A stretch of 46,000 nucleotides of DNA from Mustelus asterias. Its lineage: Eukaryota. Of this stretch, positions 45,929 through 46,000 are shown in pieces. The stretch covers positions 248,001-294,000 of the forward strand of contig NW_027590501.1 in NCBI RefSeq assembly GCF_964213995.1. Reading direction: 5' to 3'. The position numbers were made by a program, and so were the translations under genes. Positions within the stretch are counted from its first letter, which is position 1. Each line of letters starts with the position of its first letter. The notes under the pieces are model-generated. The model saw nothing but the letters and a program-made list of their open reading frames with translations, was not told the origin of the DNA and searched no databases.

Positions 45929-46000
45929 AAGACAATTATTGACCTTTTCATCAACTGCGTTCCCTAAACTCCATATTCCTTATGCAAACGTAATTGGAGC

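Overview
Vertebrate genomic DNA, almost certainly a shark or other elasmobranch (HE1/V-SINE-like elements, CR1 LINEs, Penelope-derived hairpins). From about 7 to 38.7 kb lies an array of seven paralogous tandem C2H2 zinc-finger (ZNF) gene units, here called A to G, with no recognisable effector domain. They alternate strictly in orientation (- + - + - + -) and form head-to-head pairs around shared CCAAT/NRF1-type promoters. B and C look intact; the other five are disrupted. The first pair has a tRNA gene (Arg-ACG or Gly-GCC) in the 5' leader of each ZNF, followed by a shared trailer that runs into the same splice donor. From about 40.4 kb the window enters what looks like the edge of a T-cell receptor alpha/delta V array: one intact V with a canonical 23-RSS, one inverted pseudo-V, several weaker V relics and CTCF-like sites. 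The rest is nested retroelement debris (CR1, Rex1/Babar-like, Gypsy-like LTR elements, SINEs, and Penelope-like hairpins with minimal hammerhead motifs). All calls were made by eye; no database search was run, and repeat boundaries are approximate.
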